Virus genome (UHGV): UHGV-0125336
Source: a virus
Direction: 5' to 3' (one strand)
DNA: 37,419 nucleotides
Position numbers and translations under genes: made by a program. Below are positions 9,219 to 18,016 of the stretch, piece after piece (the first letter of the stretch is position 1; every line of letters begins with the position of its first letter). A model generated the notes under the pieces. That model did not search any database and had not been told where the DNA came from. It saw only the letters and a list, made by a program, of their open reading frames with translations.

Positions 9219-9530
9219 ATGACGACACCAACCAGACGGATAAGTTTCTATCTGAAGCCCGCCGCCGTCAAGAACGAAGGCGAAGCATGCGCCTGGCTGG
9301 ACAGCCTTACACCAGAAGCCCGCAAAAGTGGTCAACGCGTGGCTTTTCTGGCCGGGCTGGCACTACTGAAAATGAATCCGGCAGAGGCTTACCGACTGGC
9401 TGCATGGGCTGATGATGAGGCGTTATCAATGACACAAACCAGGACAGAACGCCCCGCGTCACAGCCAGTATCAGCCGCACAGATAACCAGTCAGATGGCC
9501 GGAAATATCCGGGCGTTATTTCCCGAATAA
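9219..9530 (+). CDS. parR: ParR-like centromere-binding adaptor
   Basis: ISFYLKPAAV...LDSLTPEARKSGQRVAFLAGLALL...IRALFPE parallels recalled R1 ParR (IAFKLNPDV...LDSIPQGERSRLNRAALTAGLALY...LRSLFPK). AAGGAG RBS, 5 bp after parM. Confidence 0.6.
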   Translation: MTTPTRRISFYLKPAAVKNEGEACAWLDSLTPEARKSGQRVAFLAGLALLKMNPAEAYRLAAWADDEALSMTQTRTERPASQPVSAAQITSQMAGNIRALFPE

Positions 9531-9535
9531 CACAA

Positions 9536-9559
9536 CATCAGGGCGCATCCGCCCTGATG
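9536..9559. promoter_or_regulatory. Perfect 10-bp stem-loop between parR-like and the next gene
   Basis: CATCAGGGCG-CATC-CGCCCTGATG, 6 nt after the parR stop. No T-run follows, so it is a candidate operator or RNA structure, not a clean terminator. Confidence 0.35.
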
Positions 9560-9593
9560 ACTTTAACCCGGGAGCATAAACAAGGGGGACACA

Positions 9594-9926
9594 ATGCAAC
9601 ACATTGACAGAGAAAAAGCGCAGCGACTGATTGAGCGGATGGAAGCGCTGGCGAAAGAAGAAAATGTCAACATCCAAAAAATAGCTGAATGTGGCCAGAT
9701 AGTTCTTCGTCGTGAAAAAGACCTCAAACAACTGATGTCTGGCGAAACCAGCAAAACATGGACTTCAGGCGAGAAGACGGTTTATTGCAGCTTCTGCAAT
9801 AAATCCCAGTACGAAGTCACAAAGGTGATTGCCGGACCGTCTGTTTACATCTGCAATGAGTGCGTGGATTTGTGCAATGAAATTATCAGGAAAGAAGTGA
9901 CAGACAAAAAGGAAAAAAACGCATGA
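9594..9926 (+). CDS. Small protein with a C-terminal ClpX N-terminal zinc-binding-domain (C4) homolog
   Basis: The C-terminal 40 aa ([40 protein letters not shown]) is near-identical in pattern to the E. coli ClpX ZBD as recalled ([40 protein letters not shown]). No AAA+ domain follows. N-terminal 60 aa are helical and unrelated. Confidence 0.7.
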   Translation: MQHIDREKAQRLIERMEALAKEENVNIQKIAECGQIVLRREKDLKQLMSGETSKTWTSGEKTVYCSFCNKSQYEVTKVIAGPSVYICNECVDLCNEIIRKEVTDKKEKNA

Positions 9927-10237
9927 ACAGAAAACAGAAACAAGAGTTGAAATACTTCTTACGTAAAGAAATTGCCAGGCTTGAAGATGCAGAGTCACAA
10001 TCATCAGAAATTCCGTTCGGAATGGATATCAACGACGCCCGTATGCTCCAGGCATACCGCATAGCTCAGGCTGCACTACAGGCAAAACCGTCAGATGGAC
10101 TGGTTAGAGCAGTACATTTCTATGAACAGGTAAAGCGTGAGAATCCGCCAGTCGAAACCGGAGCATGGAAAGACGCTGTTGACTGGGTGCTCAAAGAGGC
10201 TTGCCAGTCTGTAAACATTGGCATCAAAGGAGAGTGA
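9923..10237 (+). CDS. Hypothetical protein
   Basis: 104-aa ORF. Start overlaps the upstream stop. Ends ...IGIKGE. Confidence 0.5.
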   Translation: MNRKQKQELKYFLRKEIARLEDAESQSSEIPFGMDINDARMLQAYRIAQAALQAKPSDGLVRAVHFYEQVKRENPPVETGAWKDAVDWVLKEACQSVNIGIKGE

Positions 10238-10239
10238 GA

Positions 10240-10731
10240 ATGCAAATTTCACCGGTTACTCTTCGTGTTGCGAAGGCGTTTATATCCAGACATCACCGAC
10301 ACAATAAACCCCCGGTGGGGCATAAATTCAGCATTGGTCTGAGAAATGATGCCGGAGAATTGATAGGTGTGGCGACAGCCGGTAGACCTGTTGCACGACA
10401 TTTGGACGATGGATTAACGCTTGAAGTAAATCGCACATGTACCACAGGAGAACGCAACGCTAACAGCGCGCTTTATGGTGCTGTCTGGCGGGCAGCAAAG
10501 GCTATGGGTTATCAACGTTGTATTACGTACACCCAGGCAGATGAATCAGGAGCATCTCTCCGCGCAGCTGGTTTTGTTCGTGTGAAAGAGCTTCCTCCAA
10601 GAAAAAGCTGGGCGGAATCAAGCGTCGCCCTGCGGAGTAAACGCGATCCGGTCGGAAACGGTGGTGTTCCTCGTGTGCTCTGGGAAATCAGGAGAATGAG
10701 TACCACTGGCATTCGCATCAAAGGAGAGTGA
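10240..10731 (+). CDS. Hypothetical protein
   Basis: 163 aa from ATG 10240, with AAGGAG RBS. Ends ...GIRIKGE. No motif identified with confidence. Confidence 0.5.
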   Translation: MQISPVTLRVAKAFISRHHRHNKPPVGHKFSIGLRNDAGELIGVATAGRPVARHLDDGLTLEVNRTCTTGERNANSALYGAVWRAAKAMGYQRCITYTQADESGASLRAAGFVRVKELPPRKSWAESSVALRSKRDPVGNGGVPRVLWEIRRMSTTGIRIKGE

Positions 10732-10732
10732 T

Positions 10733-10996
10733 ATGGCAACTTTGACAAAAAAAGAACAAGCATGGTTGAGCGAATTACAGGACGTTCTTGATCGCTGTCC
10801 ATCACCGAAAAAAATTGGTTTTTACACCATTGGCGATAAAAGCATTTACCTGTATGACCTGCGCCGCATGGATGAAATCATGGAGGCTCTTGATAATCGT
10901 TCGTCAATGGATTGGTGTGTTGCTGTCCATGATATGAATGCAGGGTTTGATGAAAAGATTTTGTTCCCCTCATCAGTTGAAAGCACAGCAGGATAA
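10733..10996 (+). CDS. Hypothetical protein
   Basis: 87-aa ORF starting 2 nt after the previous stop, behind the same duplicated junction sequence. Confidence 0.5.
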   Translation: MATLTKKEQAWLSELQDVLDRCPSPKKIGFYTIGDKSIYLYDLRRMDEIMEALDNRSSMDWCVAVHDMNAGFDEKILFPSSVESTAG

Positions 10997-11040
10997 GGAC
11001 CCAGCAAATATACACAACCTATAAAACACTAAAGCGCCTC

Positions 11041-11065
11041 AGGGGCGCTTTTTGTTTGCACAAAA
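11041..11065 (+). terminator. Intrinsic terminator closing the accessory operon
   Basis: AGCGCC-TCAG-GGGCGCT hairpin followed by TTTTTGTTT. Confidence 0.55.
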
Positions 11066-11091
11066 GTGCACAAATTTGCACAATTTTTTTG
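11065..11091. repeat. Three TGCACAA direct repeats at exact 10-bp phasing
   Basis: TGCACAA at 11065, 11075 and 11085, with a fourth copy at 11149. Candidate protein-binding array beside the cos region. Confidence 0.4.
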
Positions 11092-11099
11092 AACGACTT

Positions 11100-11507
11100 T
11101 TTACCCTTCCGGCCCGCATGGCGGCTGGATCCGTCAAGGATCCGTGCGTGCACAAAAAAACGCGCTTTTTCTGCGCGCAGGTGACGGGGGAACAGCCCGC
11201 GTTTCAGGGGGTAAATAGCATCCCCTGAACGATGTCGCAGCGACACAACAGAATGGCTGTATTTCTCACGCTGAGCGTGAAAAAGACGTGAGGGCTTTTG
11301 ATTTGATGGAGTGGAAGATAAGGCCGTCAAAATCGCACTGAGGCGGCGAGAACATGCAGTCAACGCGGTGGGATTGTGTAAGAGTCTGACTGTCGATGAT
11401 GGCAATCAGCAGGAAAGCATCGTGAAATTATCTGACTGATACAGGAGCTGGAGAGTCGGGGCATAAATTTTTTATGCCCCGGCGAAGCAGCAGACAAGCG
11501 AAGCGCG
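11100..11507. other. Putative cos / packaging region
   Basis: About 400 bp non-coding between the accessory operon terminator and the Q stop, matching the P2 cos position. GC-rich, several hairpins (11161-11180, 11202-11232, 11453-11478). Exact cohesive end not identified. Confidence 0.3.
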
Positions 11508-12554
11508 TCAGGATGTGGGCTGGGTGTCTAACAGTGCGTAAGGGTTAAAGCGGATCACCTCTTCGCCAAGCCAGTCATTGATGTGCTTCATGGCCTCCAT
11601 GACGGGCATCAGCTCGTTAATTGCGTAAACCCGCGCGGCCTTCTCCACATCACCAAACGCACTTTTTTCGCCCGGCATCGCCCCCATCAGTTGCGGCGGA
11701 ACGCGGTGCGCAGCCAGCACATCATCACGGGATGCCGCCTTAACATTCATGAACTCATCCTTTGCGGTGATCTGCTGGAACGGCAAAATTTGCACCCCCT
11801 CTTTGCCCCCGTTAGGCGCATGAATGAGCACGTTTTTAAACGCACCACCACCACGTGCCCCCTGTAGCGTTTCTTTCAGGGAGTCCATGCTTTCGCGGTT
11901 TACCTGCGCTGCACCGATGTAGATGATGCACCCGGCGTGGGATCCATTGTCGTAATACAGTTTTCTGAACATGTCCGCCGAATGAGACAGGCTGGCCGAG
12001 AGTAATGCGCCGAGATATTCCGGCATGCCGTAGATTTCCTGGTTAATGTCAGGATTCATCAGGTGGCACACTTTGCCAGGGCGAAACTGAAACGCGTCCT
12101 TGCCATCCTGCACATACCACCATGATTCAAGATCGCTTCCGCGTCGCATGTATTTCGCCAGGGCGTGCCGTAATTTAAGCGGTTCGCCGAGCATATTGCT
12201 TCGAAGCTCAAGGAATGCGTTACCGAACACAAACCAGTCCAGCGCCAGCGCCGAGAAATCCTGCCGGGAAAGCAACGGGTGCGGGATGTAGCAACCGAGT
12301 AATACATTGCGCTTAAAGTAAAGCGCAGACTGATGCCAGGACGTTTGCCGGGCAGCTCTTGCCAGACCGTACCAGTCCACCGGGGTTTCATACCACCGCC
12401 CGTTATCAGCACAGTACATATTGTCCAGCAGGTCATGCCCGGTCAGGCGATAAGGACCATCAAATGTGAATGCACTGAGCGATGATTCTTTCCTGAGCGC
12501 ATCAGCGAGATCAATGCGTGAACTCATGCGCACTTTTTTATTTTTTCTGCTCAT
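11508..12554 (-). CDS. Q: Portal protein, P2 gpQ-like
   Basis: 348-aa ORF with P2-typical position and orientation (Q and P leftward, divergent from O). Confidence 0.85.
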   Translation of the reverse strand: MSRKNKKVRMSSRIDLADALRKESSLSAFTFDGPYRLTGHDLLDNMYCADNGRWYETPVDWYGLARAARQTSWHQSALYFKRNVLLGCYIPHPLLSRQDFSALALDWFVFGNAFLELRSNMLGEPLKLRHALAKYMRRGSDLESWWYVQDGKDAFQFRPGKVCHLMNPDINQEIYGMPEYLGALLSASLSHSADMFRKLYYDNGSHAGCIIYIGAAQVNRESMDSLKETLQGARGGGAFKNVLIHAPNGGKEGVQILPFQQITAKDEFMNVKAASRDDVLAAHRVPPQLMGAMPGEKSAFGDVEKAARVYAINELMPVMEAMKHINDWLGEEVIRFNPYALLDTQPTS

Positions 12555-14305
12555 CAGAACTCCATAACCGTGAAACGCTCGTTTTCTCCTTCGCCGCCAA
12601 TCGGTTCGTTAATGACAGCAAGCATGGTTGCCCACGCAAGGTCGCCGTGGCTGATCCCCCTCGCACGGTCCGTTTCGTAAGTGATAAAGCCGCCCGGTGT
12701 TTTCACCTTACGCACGGCGTTAAAGGCCGCGACCAGCTCGCGTTCGGCGCGATCGTATTCCCACCGCCCGGCACGCATTATTTGCAGCATTTTCAGTACC
12801 AGCGACCGTTTTGATGACAGCGTGAAGGTGTACGGAATAGCGGCAGGGAAAAACCGTTTCACTATCTGATAAACAGCCTCCCCGTTCCCGCCCGTCACAT
12901 CAATGCCGATGTGTTCCACGTTGTAGCGACACGTGAACTCTTCAATGACTCTGGCCTGTTCTTCAAACTCCAGCCCCTGAACGCGTCGCGTCTCCACCGT
13001 TCGAAAACGGCCACCAGGAACAGCCGGAGGAACCACCACGGATACAGCGCCGCTGTCGCCGTTGCCACTGCTGCCGTTTGCGTCATATCCAATCCATACC
13101 GGACGATTTCCCATCGGGCGGGGAGCAAAAGGTTTCCAGTCTTTCCAGTCGTCGTATCCGTCAACACCGCAGCCAATCAGGATATTCAGGTTAAATGCCG
13201 ATTCCCCTTCGCGGACAAACTCACACATATAGAGATTGAGGAACTCGTCTTCGGTGTTTTCATCACGAATTTCGTCGATATCGGTGTGTTCCCAGCCGTG
13301 ATTAACCACATCTTCCAGCGTGACAATTTGCCGCCACGTCCGGTCAGGGCAGATAAGCCCGTTATGCAGCGTTTTCCAGTCCACAGAAAAACGCTGGCGT
13401 TTATGCGTGGCCTTTTTCTCGTTCCAGCGGTCGCCGTTCCAGTAGGCGTATGCCTCGTGCGTTTCGGTGGATGGCGTGGAGAAGTAGGTGCGCCGCAGTC
13501 CGCTGAGGGTTGCCATAGCGCCAGCCACTTTGCGCAGTTCAGCAAAGCGACTGACCCAGAAAAATTCATCAAAATAAAAATTGCCCGTATAGGACTGTGC
13601 CGACGCAGCAGAAGTGCCGAGAAAATGCAGCTCTGCGCCGTTGGAGAGGATGATTTTATCGCCCCCTTTCAGCTCCACATCAACTTCAGCCGCGGCCTTC
13701 TGAATAATGCTTTTAAACTGGAACGCCTGACGACGCGACGCAGACAAAAAAATCTGGTTACGCTGGTAAGGTTGCGCCACATCGTCACGCAGCGCCATCA
13801 GCAGCGCTTCCTGTGCAAAATACCAGGTCGCCCCAATCTGTCGGGATTTCAGGATCATCCTGTTACGTATCCCTGCTTCCCTGCAAAGGGTCAGGGAGTC
13901 AAACCAGCCCCGCTGATGCCACTCCAGCCTGCTGATGATTTTTTCCCGCAGTGCGGCAATCTGTTCCGGCGTGAAATGATTTTTAAGCTTTTTCGCCCGG
14001 CCTTTCTTTCCTGTGGCCGTCGCATCCGGCTGGCCATCATGCAGTTTTTTAAGCTGCCGGGTCAGCAGGTCTATTTCCTTGAAGTCACCACCTGTTTTAT
14101 TCTGTTTTTCAGTGAGCTGGATGAGGCGCGCATCGATGGACTGCGTGACACGCTGCACGGGTGGCGTTTCATCCCACTGGTCGCGTTTTTTCCACGCATA
14201 AATCGTGTTCGGGTTTATTCCCATCAGACGTGATATTTCTGCGGGCGGATAACCCTGCCAGTAAAGTTGCCGCGCACGCTGGCGCACAAAAGCGTCCTGA
14301 ATCAT
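12554..14305 (-). CDS. P: Terminase large (ATPase) subunit, P2 gpP-like
   Basis: 583-aa ORF immediately upstream of Q on the same strand. Confidence 0.9.
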   Translation of the reverse strand: MIQDAFVRQRARQLYWQGYPPAEISRLMGINPNTIYAWKKRDQWDETPPVQRVTQSIDARLIQLTEKQNKTGGDFKEIDLLTRQLKKLHDGQPDATATGKKGRAKKLKNHFTPEQIAALREKIISRLEWHQRGWFDSLTLCREAGIRNRMILKSRQIGATWYFAQEALLMALRDDVAQPYQRNQIFLSASRRQAFQFKSIIQKAAAEVDVELKGGDKIILSNGAELHFLGTSAASAQSYTGNFYFDEFFWVSRFAELRKVAGAMATLSGLRRTYFSTPSTETHEAYAYWNGDRWNEKKATHKRQRFSVDWKTLHNGLICPDRTWRQIVTLEDVVNHGWEHTDIDEIRDENTEDEFLNLYMCEFVREGESAFNLNILIGCGVDGYDDWKDWKPFAPRPMGNRPVWIGYDANGSSGNGDSGAVSVVVPPAVPGGRFRTVETRRVQGLEFEEQARVIEEFTCRYNVEHIGIDVTGGNGEAVYQIVKRFFPAAIPYTFTLSSKRSLVLKMLQIMRAGRWEYDRAERELVAAFNAVRKVKTPGGFITYETDRARGISHGDLAWATMLAVINEPIGGEGENERFTVMEF

Positions 14306-14459
14306 TGCTCCCCCTGAGTAATTACAGGAAGATTACCCGCGCGCGAAACTGTTCTCCTTAACCCCCTGTTCTGGCCGTTTTCTTACAACAAAAGCCCTTT
14401 GTATCAGCCTGTTACGCTTTGCCATCATGACTGAAGAACCAGTCAGAGGGGCAAAAACT

Positions 14460-15296
14460 ATGGCTAATGAAAAAAAGACATCCCGCAAAAAGTTTCGCGT
14501 GGCTGTCTCCGGTGTAACGGCAGACGGGCGCGAAATCAACGGCGACATGCTGAAAGCTGCCGCCACCAGTTATAACCCGTCCGTTTATGGTGCACGTGTG
14601 AATATTGAGCACATCCTGTCACCACTCCCCGGTAGCGAGTTTTCCGCTATGGGCGATGTTGTGGGGTTGAGCACCGAAGACATAACCGATGGCCCGCTGG
14701 CAGGCCGCACGGCACTGTATGCCGAAATTGAGCCGACCGCTCGCATGATGTCCCTGCTTAACGATGGTAAAAAAATTTACTCCAGTATTGAGCTGGAACC
14801 ACAGTCAACCATCACGGGAGGCCCTTACCTGCGCGGGCTGGCAATGACCGACACCCCTGCCAGCCTGGGCACGGAACGTCTGGCCTTTGCGGCACAACAA
14901 CGTATGCAACTGATGACATTCAACTGTCAGCAGGGAGACGTGGCGATGTTTACCGCCGCTATGGAGTCAGAACTTATCGAACTCACCGAACAACGTCAGG
15001 AAGAAGGCACCCAGTGGTTTAACCGCGTTATGGGGATTATTGGCCGTGGCCGCAAAGCGGATGACGCCAGTTTCTCCCGTATTCAGGAAGCGGTGGAAGG
15101 TGTCGCAACGTCACAGGCCGACATTATCGACCGTTTTAATGTGCTGGAAACCCGCCATCAGCAGGACAGCCAGAAAATCACTTTACTGACCACAGAGCTG
15201 GCAGCACTGAAGGAAAAACTGCGCACGCAGGACGGCGATCCGCAGAACCGGTTCACCGCAACAGGTGCAGCCTCCGACCAGCTGGCTGACTTCTGA
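14460..15296 (+). CDS. O: Capsid scaffolding protein, P2 gpO-like
   Basis: From ATG 14460 (MANEKKTSRKKFRVAVSGVTADGREI...) it resembles recalled gpO (MAKKVSKFFRIGVEGDTCDGRVI...), including TDxPASLGTE..L.F.AQQ. The ORF-track start at 14427 is likely too far upstream. Confidence 0.85.
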   Translation: MANEKKTSRKKFRVAVSGVTADGREINGDMLKAAATSYNPSVYGARVNIEHILSPLPGSEFSAMGDVVGLSTEDITDGPLAGRTALYAEIEPTARMMSLLNDGKKIYSSIELEPQSTITGGPYLRGLAMTDTPASLGTERLAFAAQQRMQLMTFNCQQGDVAMFTAAMESELIELTEQRQEEGTQWFNRVMGIIGRGRKADDASFSRIQEAVEGVATSQADIIDRFNVLETRHQQDSQKITLLTTELAALKEKLRTQDGDPQNRFTATGAASDQLADF

Positions 15297-15319
15297 TAAG
15301 ACAAAGGAGCAAATTTTTT

Positions 15320-16372
15320 ATGAATCTGGTGATGTCAGATATTACCCGCAACAAGCTGGGTTGCTATATGGCGCAGCAGGCGTCGCTTAACAATATCCCG
15401 GTTTCTGCACTGGTATCGCGATTTACCGTGGAACCCGCGGTGCAGCAGCGTTTTGAAAACGCCTCAAAGGAAAGTACCGAATTTACGAAAAGAATTAACG
15501 TGATCGGCGTGACCGACCAGAAAGGCGAAAAAATCCTCCTGGACACCACCGGGCCAATTGCACGCACGAATACCAGTTATGACGGCACAAAACGCCGTAA
15601 CCCGAATAACGTGGTTGATCTGAAAAACCGCAAATACCAGTGCGAACAGGTGAACTACGACACGTTTATTTCGTATCCGCAGCTTGATGCCTGGTCGGCA
15701 CACCCTGATTTTCAGTCCCGCATCAGCGCACAGATTGCCCGACAGGTGGCGCTTGACCGCATCATGATCGGTTTCAACGGCACGTCTCACGCGGATGAGT
15801 CCAACTTCAGCACCAACAAGCTGCTTCAGGACGTTAACGTGGGATGGCTGGAGCACATCAGAACCGACGCCAGCGAGCGCGTAATGAATGACGTGACACT
15901 GACCTCCCGCAACATGGACAACACTGTGGCGCACGCGGGTAGGTATGCGAATCCCGATGCTCTGGTACAGGATGCACGCTCATCCCTGCTGGATGAATGG
16001 CACAAGGAAGCTGACGACCTCGTGGTGATTATGGGGCGCAACCTGTTTAACTCGCTGCGTCTGCCCGTGCTGAACAGCATCAGCGGCCAGAATCCCAATG
16101 CGGAATTACTTGCCGGGCAGCTCATCCTGTCATCGCGCACCATTGGCGGGCTGGGCGTGTTCCTTGCGCCGTTCTTCCCGGATGCAACGATGCTGATCAC
16201 CTCGTTCAACAACCTGTCGATTTACTGGCAGAAAGGTTCAATGCGTCGCCTGATGAAAGACGAACCGGAATACAACCGCATCGCCACCTACCAGTCCATC
16301 AATGACGCTTATGTCGTTGAAGACTATGGCAAGTGCGCGATGGTCACTGGCCTGAAGTTCGCCGACAGCTAA
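15320..16372 (+). CDS. N: Major capsid protein, P2 gpN-like
   Basis: 350-aa ORF. ...RFTVEPAVQQ...ESTEFTKRINVIGVTDQKGEKI matches the gpN N-terminal region as recalled. Confidence 0.9.
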   Translation: MNLVMSDITRNKLGCYMAQQASLNNIPVSALVSRFTVEPAVQQRFENASKESTEFTKRINVIGVTDQKGEKILLDTTGPIARTNTSYDGTKRRNPNNVVDLKNRKYQCEQVNYDTFISYPQLDAWSAHPDFQSRISAQIARQVALDRIMIGFNGTSHADESNFSTNKLLQDVNVGWLEHIRTDASERVMNDVTLTSRNMDNTVAHAGRYANPDALVQDARSSLLDEWHKEADDLVVIMGRNLFNSLRLPVLNSISGQNPNAELLAGQLILSSRTIGGLGVFLAPFFPDATMLITSFNNLSIYWQKGSMRRLMKDEPEYNRIATYQSINDAYVVEDYGKCAMVTGLKFADS

Positions 16373-16417
16373 TCAACTCACGGCGGGCATCATACCCGCC
16401 TGTAACGGAGAGAAAAA

Positions 16418-17218
16418 ATGATTACTCCTGCACAGCAACACTGGCAGAACGTGATGGCACAGCGCGCAGGCCGGGCGAATGAAGGCGTGGACCACGCCGC
16501 GCGTACCGCGCATGAAGAGGTGCTGTATCGTCTGCGTCTGGCACAGGCCCGGCTTAAGGGCGTACAGGCCAGAAGCGCGAAAGCCGCCATCAAAAAAGAG
16601 TTATTGCCGGACTTTTCCGGCTGGATTGAGGGAACGCTGGAGGCTGACGGCGGGCAGCAGGATGAAGTGATTGCCACGCTGATGGTGTGGGCGATTGACT
16701 GCAGCGATCTTCCGCTGGCGCTGCGTATTGGTGCGTATGTGGTCCGTCACAACCTCATCATGCCGGATAACTTTGGCCGTACTGCTGCCACGGTACTGAC
16801 CGAAGAAATCTGCAATCCGGTACTGACGCAGGCCGGGACGGATGCCGACGCGGATTTGTCCGCCTTTATCGAACCACTGGACACCCTCCGGGAGATTGTC
16901 ACCGACCAGGACATGCCGGACGAAGTGCGCGCCAAATTATGCAAGGCGTGCGCCTTTGCCCGCCGTGGCCTGAGCGATGCGGACAGCATGGCCTCATCAC
17001 TGAAGCTGCTGCGCGAAGCGATGCACCTGAACCCGAACGCAGGTGTGAAACGCGAGATTGCAACCCTTTCCCGCGCCCTGAAAAAAGCTGATTCCGCAGC
17101 CGCACCAGAAGATGCCAGCACACCGCAGACGCAGGACGAAAGCAGCAAAAGTAAAAAGACAACGCGGAAGCCTGCAACACGAAAAACCACCGCGACGCAG
17201 AAGGCGAAGCGCGGTTAA
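16418..17218 (+). CDS. M: Terminase small (endonuclease) subunit, P2 gpM-like
   Basis: 266-aa ORF after N, with basic C-terminal tail. Confidence 0.8.
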   Translation: MITPAQQHWQNVMAQRAGRANEGVDHAARTAHEEVLYRLRLAQARLKGVQARSAKAAIKKELLPDFSGWIEGTLEADGGQQDEVIATLMVWAIDCSDLPLALRIGAYVVRHNLIMPDNFGRTAATVLTEEICNPVLTQAGTDADADLSAFIEPLDTLREIVTDQDMPDEVRAKLCKACAFARRGLSDADSMASSLKLLREAMHLNPNAGVKREIATLSRALKKADSAAAPEDASTPQTQDESSKSKKTTRKPATRKTTATQKAKRG

Positions 17219-17234
17219 CGACTGACCCCGTCAG

Positions 17235-17305
17235 CGGGCGGCGTGCGCGGTGTTCCGGTTTGACTCCGTGACCGTTTACACCGCGCACCCACCGCCCGAT
17301 TTTTT
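17235..17305 (+). terminator. Long imperfect hairpin plus T-run between M and L (possible attenuator)
   Basis: GCGGGCGGCGTGCGCGGTG (17235-17253) pairs imperfectly with CACCGCGCACCCACCGCCCG (17279-17298), followed by ATTTTTT just before the L RBS. Confidence 0.3.
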
Positions 17306-17310
17306 CAGGA

Positions 17311-17814
17311 GTGAACCCCATGAGTATGGTTGCCAGAACTGAACCCGGACCCGCAGAGGACGACATCACCGATACCGATGATGGTGATACCCGTATTTCA
17401 GCGGGCGCATTCTGGCCGGATATTGTGCTGCGTGAGCTGCGTCTGGCGATACGACTGCCGGGCCGTGTGACCACCTCCCGCCTGCTGCATACCGCCACCG
17501 GGGCCGTGGCACACGTTACCCGCGAACTGGAAGCGTGGCAGCAGGAACAGCAGGCGGCTGGCCATCAGACGCTGGCCGATGTTCCGGCACCCGTAATTAA
17601 CGGAGAAAGCGTCAATCTCTGGCACTGGCGCAATGCCGTTTATACCGCCACACGCGCCCTGATTCTGGAGCGTTACCGCGATGCGGACACAACGGACAAG
17701 GGCGACCGCCGGGCGGACGCACTGGATATACAGACATCGGATTTGTGGCGAGATGTGAGCTGGGCCATCTCTGACATTCTGTGCCGCCCGCGAATCTTTG
17801 CGGAGTTGTGCTGA
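17311..17814 (+). CDS. L: Head completion/stabilisation protein, P2 gpL-like
   Basis: 167-aa ORF in the L position. Confidence 0.8.
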   Translation: MNPMSMVARTEPGPAEDDITDTDDGDTRISAGAFWPDIVLRELRLAIRLPGRVTTSRLLHTATGAVAHVTRELEAWQQEQQAAGHQTLADVPAPVINGESVNLWHWRNAVYTATRALILERYRDADTTDKGDRRADALDIQTSDLWRDVSWAISDILCRPRIFAELC

Positions 17815-18014
17815 TGAAAGTGAAGGCACTGGAAGGCGACACCGTGGATTCGCTCTGTTTTCGGTACTACGGCACGACGCAGGGCGTCACCGAAAAGGTG
17901 CTGGATGCCAACCCCGGACTCTGTCAGCAGGTATTTCTGGACGCCGGGCAGGAAGTGGAGATGCCGGAGCCGGAGAAGAAGAAACGAGAAATGATTCAGT
18001 TGTGGGGGGAGTAG
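17814..18014 (+). CDS. X: Tail protein X-like (LysM-type)
   Basis: ATGA overlap with the L stop. MKVKALEGDTVDSLCFRYYG... start is typical of gpX. Confidence 0.7.
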   Translation: MKVKALEGDTVDSLCFRYYGTTQGVTEKVLDANPGLCQQVFLDAGQEVEMPEPEKKKREMIQLWGE

Positions 18015-18016
18015 TA

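Noticed and set aside
11019-11405. 128-aa minus-strand ORF in the cos region
   Set aside because: Runs through the operon terminator and the hairpin-rich putative packaging region. No RBS. Arg/Ser-rich translation.
12911-14233. 440-aa plus-strand ORF
   Set aside because: Entirely antisense to the terminase large subunit gene P, which has clear homology.
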